Below, in pieces: positions 12,161 through 24,696 of a stretch of DNA of 64,000 bases. Origin of the DNA: Cyanophora paradoxa CCMP329. Its lineage: Eukaryota; Plantae; Glaucophyta. Location of the stretch: assembly GCA_004431415.1 (NCBI GenBank), contig QPMI01000170.1, forward strand, positions 124,001 through 188,000, written 5' to 3'. The translations under genes and the position numbers were made by a program. The notes under the pieces were generated by a model. The model was not told the origin of the DNA, made no database searches, and saw only the letters and a program-made list of their open reading frames with translations. Each line of letters begins with the position of its first letter. The first letter of the stretch is position 1.

Positions 12161-15100
12161 TCAGGGCTGCGCGCGCAGGCGGTCCTTGAGGCGGTCGAGG
12201 CGGGCGAGGGCCTGGGGGAGGGTCATGCCGCCCTCCCCGCCGGCCGCGGCCCCCTCGCCGGCGCCGGCGGGGGACTCCGGGCGGGTGAGGCGGGCGACCA
12301 GGAGGGCCCTGAACTGCCCGTAGCTGAACTCCGCGTGCTCCTCCGCGTACCCCAGGATCGCCTGCCGCCGGATCGGCCTCGACCCCGCACGCGGGGCGGG
12401 GCGGGGCGGGCGGTGCCGGGGCGCGTGCCTCGGGGTCGAGGTGGAGGAGCTCGTAGTACTGGCGGGCGGCCTGGAAGTGACCCTCCTGCTCGGCCACGGC
12501 CCCGGGCAGCGCGTGCTGCAGCGCGAACACGTTCCGCACCATCCGCAGCACCCCGTGCGCGCTCATCCCGCCCCCCGGGCCGGCGCGGGGGGCCCCGAGG
12601 GGCGCGGGGGTCGTGGGGGTGCCGGGGCGGGGCGGGGGGGCGATGCGCTGGAGGGCGCCCACGAGGCCGGCCTCCACGAGCGGCGCCAGCCCCGCGAAGA
12701 GGTACCTGCGCCCCGGGGCCTCGCCGGGGGGCGCGGTGCGGGGCGGGCGGGGCGCGCCGGAGGAGGGGCTCGGGGAGGCACGGCGCGAGGGCCTCGTGGA
12801 GGGCCGTCAGGTCGCGCCCCAGCGCCCCCACCCACGCGTCCGCCTCCTCCCCTCCCCCTCCTCCCCGCGTACGACGCCTGCCCCACCGCCACGCCAGGCG
12901 CGCTCGTGAGGCAGGCCGGCGGGGCGGGGCGGGGCGGGCGGGGCGGACGCGGGCGGCGGCGTCGAGGAAGTGGAGGACGTGGCAGCGGAGCTCGAGGCGG
13001 AGGCCGAAGAGCGCCGCCTCCGCCTGCGCCTCCGCCCGCCCCGCCCCTCCAGCAGCGCCTCCAGCGCCCCCGCCCCTCCCCCGCCCCCTCCTCTGCCGCC
13101 CGCCCCGTCAGGGCCGGCGCCCCCGCGCAGCGCGGCCGGCGCGCCGTCGAGGCTGGAGCGGCCGGGGACGAAGACGGCCGAGGCCCGCGCGCTCGCCGCC
13201 GCGGCGGCCGCCGCCGCAGCGGCGGCGGCGGCGGCGTCGACGAGGGAGCGGAGGCGGGCGGCGAGCCAGTCCTGCGCCGCCGCGTGGGCGGGGGCGCGGG
13301 GGGCGGCGGGGCGGGGGCAGGGCGGGCGGCGGACGAGGGAGTCGGCGAGGGTGGCGACGGAGACGAGCAGCTGGGACTGCGCCCAGCGCCCCGCCCGTCA
13401 CCAGGGCGCCGACACGCTCGCCGGCGGGCGGGGGGCGGCGAGGCGGCGCACCCGCTGGTGGAGAACGAGGTCCTCCTTGGCGAGGGGCGGCGCGTTCGGG
13501 TGTGGAAGCCCAGCCGCAGCTACCAGCCCCCCGGCTCGCTGGACGCGGGGGGCGGCGGGCGCGGGCCGGGGCACCTCGATGTCGCGCTCCGCGGCGCGGT
13601 AGGCGGCGACCGCCTCGGGCGAGGGCGGCGGCGGCGGCTGCGGTGCCGCGGGGTGCGGGGGCGCGACGCCGGCGCAGCGGGGGTACCGGGCCTCGAGGCC
13701 GGCGCAGCGGGGGGAAGAGCGTGCGGAAGGAGGAGGAGGAGGAGGAGGGAAGGCGCGGGAGGTGGAGGTGGAGGCGGAGGCGGATGCCGGGGGGGCCGAC
13801 GAGGAGGGGAGGGGGTGCGAGGGTGCTGTGGCGGGGGCGTGCGGGGCAGGGCGGCGAGGGCGCGGGCGTAGCGGAACTCGGGGTCGCGGCGGTAGAGGGC
13901 CCGCAGCTCCCCGTCCGACACCCTGCGCCGCCCCGAGGCTCGCCCCGGGGCCCGCCGGCGGGGGCGGGGCGGGCGGGGCGGACGCGGCGGCGGCGAAGGA
14001 GGAGCCGACGGCGCGGGCGTACTGCCCGCGCACTCGTCCAGGAAGCGCCCCAGCGCCTGCCGCGCGGTCAGCGCCGCAGCGAGAAGCGGGGCGGCGGCAG
14101 AGGGGAGCGCCTGGGCGGCGATGCCGGCGACGTCGGCGGCGATGGGCGGCACGAGGCGCGCCGCCGTCGCCAGCTCCCCCGCGATGCCCGCGAGCGCCAC
14201 GGCGCCCTCCAGCAGCGGCCGGCGCGCCTCGTGCGGCGCCCGCAGCGGCGCGGCGTCGCGGGGGCGGAAGGCGGCGGGGCCGGCGAGGGCGGCGTTGAGG
14301 CGGGCGGCGTAGTCGGCGGCGATGCGGGGCAGGAGGCGCTCGACGGCGGCCTCGTCGAGGAAGGCCCGCAGCGTGCCCCGGGGCGCCTCCGAGGCCGGGA
14401 GGAGCGGGGCGAGGGCGCGGGCGATGCGGCAGAGGGGCGCGTAGAGGAAGACGAGGTGGTAGAGGGAGGGGCGCACGTGGAGGCCCCCCGGGGCGTAGCT
14501 GGCCCCCTCGAGGGCGGCCTCGGCGTGCGCGAGCGCCGCAGCGGCCGCCTGCACGTCCAGCGACGCCGCAAAGCTGAACGCCAGCGACGAGACGCGCGCC
14601 TCGCCCCCGCCCTCCCCGCCCTCCCCCCGCCCCACCTCCGCCCCCGCCGCTCCCTGCCCCGCCCCCTGCCCCTTCCTGCGACCCCACCGTCAGCGGGAGA
14701 GCGCCGGCAGCGGGCGCTGGCGGGAGCGCGCTTCTTGCGGCGGCGGCCGGCGGGGGCGGCGAGGCGGGCGGCGATGCTCTGCGGGGCCGGCGCCTCGAGG
14801 TGCTCCTGCAGGAGGCCTGCGGGGGCGTGGGCGGTGCTGGGCGGGGCGGGGGTGGGGCGGGGCGGCGGGCGGGCCCTGGAGCTCGAGCTGGACTGCGCCC
14901 CAGACGGCCTCCAGCGTGTACGCCTCCTCGCCCCCGCCCTGCGCCGCCCCCGCCTCGCACGCACGCCCGGCGGGGTGGCGGGGGCGGGGGGCGCACGGCG
15001 GCGCCGCGGGCGCGCTGGAAGCGGGCGCAGAGGGCGGCGTGGCTGCGGAGGACGGCGGCGAGGCGCGGCTGGAGGGCCGCGAGGAGCGCCCCGAGGCTCC

Positions 15101-16735
15101 GGCTGCGCGCGTGCGCCCGCACCAGCTCCCCCGCCCCCTCAGGAGCCCCCGCTCCAGCGCCGCCGCCCTGCCCCGCTGTCAGGGGCGCGCGGGCGGGGCG
15201 GGGGCGGGGCGGGGCGCGGGCGGGCGGGCCGGGGGAGGAGGGCGGCGGCGAGGGAGCGGAGGATGTCGGCGAGGCGGGGTCGGGTGGCGCGGGCGATGGC
15301 GAGCTCCGCGGCGCCCACCGCCTCCACCTCCTCCAGCGCCTCCACCAGCCGCCGCATTGCCCCTCCTCCGCACTCTCCTGGCCCGCCGCCCCTCCCGTTT
15401 GGCCCCGCCCCCGCGCCGTGAGTGCGCGGCGCGGGCGGGCGGCGCACATCGCCCGCGCCTGCCTCCTCGCCGTCCTCGTCCTCCTCGTCATCCTCCTCCT
15501 CGTCCTCGTCGCCGTCGGTGAGGCTCGCAAGCGCGGCAGTCTCGCGGGGGAGCCCGCTCCGCCTCCGCCGCCCGCGCCGCCCGCCCGGCAGCGACGTCTC
15601 GCCGAGGTTCAGCTGCCGCGCCGGCGACGAGCGCAGCGCCCCGCTGCGCGCCCCGCTCGGCCGGCCGGCGCGGGCGGGCGGGCGGGGCGGGCGCACTCGA
15701 CACCGCCGGGCCGGGACGAGGCGCTAGGGCGCCCCGGGGTGCCCTCCCCCGGGCCCGAGGAGGAGGAGGAGGAGGGCGCGGGCGGGGCCGGGGGGACGAG
15801 CTGCCCGTCCGGGGCGATGTCGGGGACGCCGGCGGCGGCGAGGAGGGCCCGCAGCGCCTCGTCGGAGAGCGGGCCGGCCTCCGCCGCGCCCCCCTGCATG
15901 TAGATCACGTTCTGCAGGGCCCCCACCAGCATCTCGTGGATCGTCTGCGGCGGCGTGAGGCGCGGCGGGGCGCCCGGCGGGCCGGCGCGCCTCCTTGCGC
16001 TTCGAGAGGTCGGCGGCGATGTCGCGCAGGGCCCCGATGGAGGAGAGTGTGCTCTCCGAGTCCTCAAGCCGCCGCAGCGTCCGCATGAGCACACGGCAGG
16101 CGCGCAGGTGCCGCCCCGCTGCCACGTGCTGCTCGATCAGCTCCGGGGCCTTCATCGCCGCGTCCCTGCGCCCCGGGGCCCTCAGAGGCGCGCGGGGCGG
16201 GCAGGCGGTGCGCGTACACTTGCTTGAGGAGCCTCACGGTCTCGCGGTACTGGAGGGACTTGGCGCTGAGCGTTGCGAGGCTTGGGTTCGTGCGGGTCAG
16301 GCGCGTCTGGCTCGCCTCCGTGTGCTTCTGCAGCCGCCCCACCTCCTCCTTCGTCTCGTCGAAGAGGCGCAGCACCGCCCCGTAGTTGCGGAACGCCTGG
16401 TGCACCTTCTCGTAGTTCTCTGGAGCGGCGCGCGCCGAGCGGCCCTTAAGGGCGCGCTCTGCGATGCGCACCACCGCACGCGCACCGTCGACGATCGAAT
16501 TCATCGCCTGGTCGACCTCTTTGAAGTACGCCATGAGGTCGTCCCGCATCCGCTGCGGGTTGGCGGCAGACAGGATGTCGACGCATTCTGCTGCCGAGCG
16601 GAAGTCGGCCTCCTTGTACTGGGGCGGGATGCGGTCCAGCAGCTCCGAGAAGATTTCGTAAGGGTCACGCGCCTCCGCGCGCGAGCGCCCGGACGGCTTC
16701 CGCCGCGTCTTGCTTCCTGCGCGTGTCGAGCTCAT
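12161..16735 (-). CDS. SEC8: Exocyst complex component Sec8/EXOC4
   Basis: N-terminal helical region (NYEKVHQAFRNYG...APELIEQHV...IGALRDIAADL...ALQNVIYM) and C-terminal GVLRMVRNVFALQHAL...FQAARQYYELL. Confidence 0.8.
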
Positions 16736-16879
16736 CTCTACGGACGGGCCGAGCCCGCTATCGCTATCGCTGCATTGCTCCGCTAGCGCTCGAGCGAGGC
16801 TCAAGGCTCAGAGGCTCAGAGGCTGGTCTGGGGGGCTACCGCAGCAAAGCAACGCAAGCCGGTCCCACTACGGCGCAGG

Positions 16880-17951
16880 ATGAAGATCGCGCTGATGCTT
16901 GCGCTCCTCTCGCTCGCGCTCACCGGTGAGGAAGATCTCTGCGCCGTGCACGGGTGCGCGCACGTACGAGCAGCGCTGACTTCCGCGCTGATCTCTTCGG
17001 CACCGTGCAGACGCGTTGTTCTCGGGTCGGACGCCCCGTCAGCTCTCGCGGAGCTATCTGTCGTGCTGCAGCTGCCGAACGTGCGCTGTCAGAGAGGCGA
17101 GGGTCCGCTGCTCATTCTCAGGCGCAGAGCAAATCGATCGAGGGGCCCGTGCGGGCGGGCGGCGCGTATCGCTTCGTCCTTGCGTGCGGCGGGCTACCAG
17201 ACGCGACCGGCCCCGCGGCGCACGTTCTCCTCTCCGTGGTCGGCCCTCCGGCGCAGGCGCAGGAGCCCCTGGTCAAGCGCGCCGTTTCCCTCGAAGGTTC
17301 TCTTCGTGGTCTTCAGCTTGGGCCTTCGCAGCGTCCTCAGGGCCTGGCCCTGAGATCGAACGCCGCCACGCATGCGCAGGCCGGAACCTCGTTCGCGTGG
17401 ACATCGAGCTGCCGGCTCGGGCCGCGGCGCGCCTTGCGGGGATCTTGCCCGCCGCGGCTGCACCCTCCCCCGGGCGGGGCGCGGGCGGCGGAGTCGGGTT
17501 CGTGCGGCGCGCTTTGCGCCGCATCGCGGAGATCGACGACCTGCACCCGCGGCACCCCCTCTGGACCGACGCGCCGCTCGCCGAGACCCCTCCAGCCCGA
17601 GCGAAGCGTCGAGGGGCGGCCCGCCCGGCGCCCCCGCCCCCGTCCTCCACCCTCCCGCCCGAGGAGCCCGTTGTCCCCGTGCTCTCCGACCCGCCGCTCC
17701 TTGACTCCCCGCTAGCGCGCGCCCTGGCCGCCCTGGCCCTCCTCCTCGCCGCCGCCGCCCTCGCGCGCGCCCGCCTGGCGGCGGCCCCCGCGGCGCCCCC
17801 TGGGCCTCCACGAGACCGGGGCCCCAGCCGGGCCATCCGGGCGGGGCGGGGCGGGGCGGAGGAGGCAGGGGCGGCGCTGTGCGCGGCGGCGGCGGAGCTC
17901 GATGAGCCCGACGGCGTGTACCTCGTGTACGGCGGGAAAAAGGCCGTCTGA
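16880..17951 (+). CDS. Hypothetical protein with signal peptide and one TM segment
   Basis: MKIALMLALLSLALT start; GT-AG introns; hydrophobic LARALAALALLLAAAALA; ends VYLVYGGKKAV*. Confidence 0.55.
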
Positions 17952-18023
17952 CGTTCGAGATGGAGGGGAGGGGCGGGGGCGGGAGGCGGGGGAGGGGCGG
18001 GGCGGGGCGGGGGCGGGGCTGGG

Positions 18024-20035
18024 CTAGCGTGCGCGGGGCGGGCGGGCGGAGAAGGCGGCGAGGGCGGCGAGGATGCGCTTGCGGTCGCCGAGGTTGCGGA
18101 CGCCGAGCTCCTCCTCGAGCTCGGCGGGCGTCAGCTCGAGCAGGAGGCCGCCGTCGATGCCGTGCTGCACGAACGCCGCCCCGTACTCGGGCAGGCCCTC
18201 CGCCACCAGCCACTCCGCCACCCGCTGCACGTCCCACCCCGCCACCTCCGCCGCCGACGGGCCCCCCGCCGACGACGACGAGGACGAGGAGGAAGGGGAG
18301 GAGGAGGAGGAGGGCGGGGCGGGGGCGGGCGCCGGGGCCGGGAAAGCGTCCCCGAAGAGCTCGTCGTCCGCCATCGGCTGGAAGTCGATCTCCGGGGCCC
18401 GCCCCGCCGCCCCGGCCCGCCCCTCCCCGCTCGCCCCCGCGCGCCCGGCCGGCTGCGGCTCGCGGCGGCGGCGGGGGCCTCGGGCCAGGCGCGCGGGGCC
18501 TCGTCCTCGGAGGCGAGGGCGCGGGGGCGGCGCGGGGAGAGGCGCGCGCGCTCCTCCTCCTCCGCCCGGTCCAGCTGCTCCAGGCGGTCGAACTGCCCCC
18601 CCGAGCCCACCTGCTCCCTGCCCCCGCCTCAACCGCCCCGCGGTGGACGCCGACAGCGGGGCGGGGCGGGGCGGGGCGGGGCGGGCGCACTGGACGAAGC
18701 GGAAGAACTGGCGGGCGCCCTCCTTGGCGTCGGCGAGGAGGGAGTGGGCGCGGATGCGGAGGAGGGCGGGCCAGGCGCTCGAGGGGGCCCCCTCCTGCAC
18801 CAGCCGCTCCAGCTGCACCGCCGCCAGCGACGCCCCCACGTCACAACCTGCGCCAGCGCCCCGTTCGCGGCGAAGCGGCGCGGCGGCCGGCGCGGCGCGG
18901 CGCGGGCCGCGGGGGCCGGCGAGGGGCGGCGCGGGCCTCGGCCTGGGAGAAGGAGTTGCCGGTGAGGAAGGGGATGAAGAAGATGCCCGAGGCGAGCAGG
19001 TGCCGCCACTCGGCGGTTTTCGTGTAGAGGTAGAGCCAGCCGATCCAGTTGGCGACGGGCAGGCTGCAGAGGGCGGTGATCGCTGGGCTGATCTCCCCCG
19101 CCGCCCGCAGCGTCCCCCGCTCGTCGTCCTGGCGCATCGCCAGGAAGTACACCGCGCCCAGGAAGAGCGTCGTGGTGACCACCGCCCCCTGGTTCGCCGA
19201 CGAAGCCTTCGTCAGGGGCATCACCGACGTGAGCGGCGCGTACAGGACCTGCCTCCGCGCGTCAGCGCCGGCGCCGGCGGGAGCCCCGGGGCGCGCGCGG
19301 GCGGCGGCGGGGCGCACGACGAGGCTCGTGAGGGCGATGTTAATAGGCGCCGCGAAGTTTGTGATGATTGCGATGGCGAGGAGCAGCATGCTGATGCCCT
19401 GCGCGGTGATCGTGTCGGGAAACTGAGTCGCCATCGCCACCGATGCCGAAGCCGCCAGGAAGACGGTCATTCGCCGCATCTGTTCGGGCCCAATCTGCAG
19501 CGGGAGAATGAGACACAGGCGCGTACGCGGGCGTGCGGGGCGCGGGCAGGCACGCCTCTTGCACATATTCCGAGGCGGGGATGATATCGTCGTCTTCTGT
19601 GCTCCGCTCCGTGAGCTTCCCGTCGCTCGGCTCGTCCAACTCTGCCCACGGATCGTCGTCCGGGTCCTCGGGCCCGCCGCGGATCGCCGCCTCCACGAAG
19701 AAGCGCCGCCTGGGTGAAGAGGATATGCCATAGGCCGCAGCACGCAGCCGTACAACCGGCAACGCGGAGCGGAGTTGACGCGCCCCCAACCAAGCCGACC
19801 GAATCACGAACGAGCGGAGCCCTCTCCGCGGCGCCCTGTGTTGGCTGAATTCTACTGCATCGCCGATTGCGAACGCGCCACGGTCGACGCCCGGTGCGTG
19901 GGCCTCGTGCCGCCGCGATATTGCTGACTGACGCGTTGGCGGTGCCACGGGCGTCCTGCCGACGTGGACATTTGTGTACACTGCAATCGGCTGCACCGCT
20001 CGCGCGGTCTCGACGACCGCTGCTGCGCAGAACAT
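18024..20035 (-). CDS. Multi-pass membrane protein with C-terminal SAM domain (start uncertain)
   Basis: SAM: WDVQRVAEWLVAEGLPEYGAAFVQHGIDGGLLLELTPAELEEELGVRNLGDRKRIL; several TM segments at 18950-19470. Confidence 0.7.
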
Positions 20036-21195
20036 GGTCAAGCCTGTTTGCAGACTGTACCCCATTTGTTGCGGCTCCGGGCTCCGCCGGCTCTAGATGT
20101 TTGGGGCTTGGCCGGCGGGATGCATGCGCCGGGCCGCAGGCCCGCAGCGCTAGCTGCAGCTGCAGTGCCGTGCCCGCTCACTGATTCATCGACGTAGCTA
20201 CATGTACATAGACAGATCTAGATATTAAGAGACCGCGCGTTTTGAGCAAGCGCTAGCTAGCCGTACGCGCCGCTCCGCCGCACTGCGGCAGGCTCCATCC
20301 TGCGGCCCCCTCTCGCAGAATTTAGGAGCTACGTCTCCCATTGCCTCCTGATCCACCGGACCGGTGCTGCAATCGATGGCACTGCATCTACGGGGAGGGC
20401 GCACTCCTTTCCGCAAGAGGGCCTTCGAGGGCCCGGCAGAACGAATCCACTCTCGCGGTGGATTAAATATACGGGCTGGAGCGACTCGGCGTGGTTGATC
20501 CCACGAGCCGGAGCCCTAGTATGCAGCTGCATGTGTCACGACGCCCCACGCATGCCACTGTCCCACCAGCGAGGTGCGCTCCATCCGCAGAGACTAGGTG
20601 CTGAGAGGGCGTCGGCAGGGCTCGATGGCAGCGCTCGGCGGCTGTGGGCGATGAAACCGAGCTGAATGACTCGTGATACGATAGCAATGGGCATCGCGAC
20701 AATCGAGGCTAGTGCTGCACTAGCGAGAAGCCCCCGCCGCGTGGATGGATCGGAATCACCAGCGCTCCGGTGGCAGCTCGGGTCTCCGCGGGCCAGGCTT
20801 CGGGTCCTCCGCCCACCGGATGTCAACCATGTGCTTCAGCTTGCGCACCATACCGAGTATGTTCGGCGTGCAGTAATGCGTGACCTCATTGCCGATCTTC
20901 TTCGAGAGGCCGAGGCTCTTCACCGTCGCAAGCTGCGACGAGGTTGCGTTAGCAACACGACGAGACGAGCGAGCAGGAGCACGCTGTTACCTGGTCCTCT
21001 GGCCTGCCTGCGCGTCGGGCAGCATCAGCGCGACGGAGCGGCAGGAATGCGCTCGGGACGCAGCGAACCTGCACAGGATCTTCGCAGCGTCACGATGATC
21101 TGTCGCGCCGCGGTAGGCACGCGCGCCGGGGTCGCCATCGCGGGTACACTGCCACTGGACGGAGAAAAAAACCCACCGCTCTGTGCCCCGGAAGC

Positions 21196-22848
21196 ATGGC
21201 GCTGCCCGCTGCCGACGCAGCGAACCCTTTCTCGCAGTGGATAGGTTCGCCCGCTCCGCCGTCGTGGCCGATTTGCAGGACCTTAGCGCCACCTCCAGAG
21301 CTCGAGCGGGCCCGAAGAGAGCTGCGGTACCAAATCCGTCAGGGCCTCTACAAGGTGCGGATTTGCCGCGCACCGGTTAGACGCGACGCGCTTTCCGACG
21401 CTCGCTCGCGCAGGTCAAGGGCAGGTTTAGCTACTGCCGCCTCGAGGGCATCAAGCAGCTGCTCAAAGTGACGCTCAATCTTCGGGAGAGCGAGCACGTG
21501 CTGTTCGGACTCCTGCAGTCCGACGCGGAGCTGAACAGTGCGCTGCAACCGCGTTGCGCTCTGCGAAGAAGCTGACCCGTCCTGCGTGCAGTCGTACTGC
21601 ATGTTCTCATGAACATCTTCACGCCATCGTCTTCCACAACAGGTGCCCGTCCGCACCCCGGTGCAGCGCCGCGCCTGGCAACGACCCTTGCAGTGAGCCC
21701 TGTCACGGCGTTCGAGCGACAGTGCGCGCTGGAGCTACTGCAGGGGTGCCTGCTGCTGTCGCCCGTGTGCAAGAAGGCGCTTCGGGACATGAACGGCATC
21801 GAGGCGAGGGCGCCGTGCCCGCGCTCCGCCCCGCGCCCCGTTTGAGCCGCGTCGCGCAGATCCTGATGGACAGCCTCAACACGGTGGACGTTCAGGTGCA
21901 GTCGGCGGCGCTCTCCGCGCTGCTCGCCGCCACGCTGGATTCCCGAGACAACTTCGAGGCGCACCCGGCGCCGCGCCGCGCGACCGCCGGGCGCCGACCG
22001 CCGTCGCAGATCTTCCTCGACAAGGGCGGCCTCCACCGCGTGCTGAACATGATGATGAACCGCGGCAACTCCATCGAGCTCCGGTGCACGCCGCCCGCCG
22101 CATCCCCTCCGGCCGCCGCGCCTGGGCCGACGGGGCCGGCGGGGCCGGCAGCCACGCGTGCGGGGACTTTCTGGTGCTCGTGGGGGCCTACTTCGACGAG
22201 TGGGCGGTGGACGAGGGGGTGGCGGACTACACGCGCGCCCCCGCGCACTCGGCGAGGGCCATCCTCGCCGAGCAGCTCGGCCCCGCCATCGTCGAGCGCG
22301 CCCTCGGGCCCGCCCCCGCCCCCGCACCCTCCCCCTCTCCCGCTTCCTCTCCCGCCCCCTCCTCCGCCTCCTCCGCTCCCTCGAGGCCGGTGCCGGCGCT
22401 GCTGGCTGCCGGCCCCGGCCCCGGCGTGGACCTTGTCAACGCGTACGACCGGCAGCCGGTGCAGCCCGGCGGCATGTACGGCGGCGGCACCCCGCGCGGC
22501 AGCACCACGCCTCGCGAGACGGGACACACTACCCCCAGAGAATCGGCGGGGGCCGCCCCGGCGCCGGCCCCGCCGCGGTCCTCAATCCCTGCGCCCCCGC
22601 GCGCCCCGCCCCCGGCCGGTGGCACGGCGCGGCTCTCGCCCCCTGCGACGAGCGTTGGGCAGCGGCAGCCGCCACGAGGGGCACCGGCGCCGTCCTACTA
22701 CAGCCAGCCGTCGCCACGAGGGCCGGGGGCGGGGCCGGCCGCCGCCGCCGCGCCTGGCGCGCCCTCCCGCAGCTCCTTCCCGGCCTCCTCTGCGATCCCG
22801 CAGGTGGCGGCCCCATCCCCGGCCCGCAAGTCGGCGCACATCCGGTAG
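21196..22848 (+). CDS. SIN-component Cdc14-like ARM-fold protein (not the Cdc14 phosphatase), Pro-rich tail
   Basis: ALELLQGCLLLSP...IEILMDSL...VQSAALSALLAATLDSRDNFEIFLDKGGL...LRHACGDFL resembles S. pombe Cdc14 and its plant homologues. Confidence 0.65.
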
Positions 22849-23027
22849 CCCCGCCCCGCCACAACTATTGGACTATTTATTTGAATGCGCGAACCCTCCC
22901 GATCCCGGCCAACTGGCTCGTCGCATGCCGTGCACGGCGCACATGAGGGAATCTCTTGCCTCAGACTCTACGCACGAGCGGGCGGGCGCCAGCCGCGCTC
23001 GGAAAAAAGAAAGGGTTATGGAAGCGT

Positions 23028-24651
23028 CTAGCTCATGCTGGTGGGCCCGCCGACGGGCTCGTAGCCGGACTCGCTGCGGGCGGCGTCGTCGATGTTCTCG
23101 CCGAGGACGGAGGCGACGAGGCGGCGCGAGTAGGTGGTGACGAGGACGTTCTTCGCCTTGAAGGAGCTGCCGCGGAGGAGGGGCGGGCCCCGCTCCGCCT
23201 TGACGATCGAGTCGGAGACGTCGGCCATGTAGGGGAGCACCTGCCAGCGCCACTGGATGACGATCAGCACGAAGAGCCAGAAGGCCGCGAGCCACCAGAG
23301 CCAGCTGCCCCACGCCTCCATCTTGCACCCGTAGTCCGAGTTGATGAGGGCGACGAGGCCGACCATGGCGAGCTCGACGAGGGCGGTGATGGTCTCGACG
23401 AGGGTGTTGATGGGGTCGGCGTACGGGCGCACGGCGACAAGGTAGAGGATGTGGAGGAGCTCCGTGATGGCCATCCCGATGAGCTGCCCGTGCGCCGGCC
23501 GCACGAAGCCGAGGATGATCCCCTGCACCAGCTTCTTGAGCAGCTCCACGCCCCCGAGGTAGTTGTAGGCGCCCAGCGTCCCCTTGTACTTCTTGAAGGC
23601 GGGGCCGTGGGCCTTGACGCGCCCCTCGCCGCCCTTGCGGGCGAACCAGAAGCCGGCGCGGGTGAGGAGGGGGACCTGGGGGGTGCCCGCGGGGGCGGTG
23701 TAGGTGCGGAAGGTGGCGACGCGCTGCACCCCGACGAAGACGTAGACCCAGGCGCAGAGGAGGAGCACGTAGGCGGCGGGGACGACGAGCCCCGCGATGG
23801 CCGCCGGGTAGCGCCACGAGGCCGGCATCGTGAAGACGCGCGCCGAGTGGAGCACGAAGGTGAAGAGCACTGGCGCAGGGGGCCCTCAGGGGCGCCCTCG
23901 AACCCGGGGGGCAGGGAGGAGGAGAGGCTCACCCGTCGGGATGCCGTAGTACACGCACTTCCAGAAGCCGTTGTCGGCGGTGATGACGTTCTCGGCGAAG
24001 ATGGTGCGCAGGAAGGCGAGGACGATGCCGGCGAGGAACACGGCGACAACGATGACGAGGCCCCAGACCCAGGCGGTCGCCGTCCAGGTGTAGAGGATGT
24101 CGTAGGGGCAGGCGTCGGCGGCGTCGGGGGCCGGGATGGCCGACGAGAAGATGTGCCCGAAGACGACGTCGCGGAGGACCGAGGCGCGCGGCAGCGGCGT
24201 GTGCAGGATCGACCACGAGAGCCTGCCCCGCCCCGCCCGTCAGGCGCGGGGCGCGGGGCGCGGGGCGGCAGGGGGGCGGGCGGGGCGTACCCCTCGTGGA
24301 AAGCGACGACGGAGCGGGGGAGGACGACGTTGAAGGCGACGAGGGCGGCGATGAACTGGGCGAAGTGCACGACGGAGAGCTCGTTCCCGTTGCGGTTCCC
24401 GTAGAAGGTCGCCACCACCGAGGTCACCATGGAGATGAGCGCCAGGGCCGTCAGCGACGCCGCGATGATCGACGGCCAGAAGCGGACGTCCCGCTTGATC
24501 GTGATGCTCACGGCGCCATTCTTCGTTGGGTCCTCCACCTGCGTCGCCGCCAGCGCCAGCTTGCCCGGCGCCGGCAGGCAGATCTGCAGAACCCGCTCCC
24601 CGTTCCCCGACTGCCGGCGTTTGGCGTCAGGGGCCGGCGGAAGGAGGTGCG

Positions 24652-24696
<45 letters not shown>

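Noticed and set aside
11918-15421. 1167-aa + strand ORF and similar giant Arg/Gly/Pro-rich ORFs (e.g. 28183-32592)
   Set aside because: Shadow ORFs caused by stop-codon scarcity at very high GC; antisense to SEC8 or mixing frames of a spliced gene
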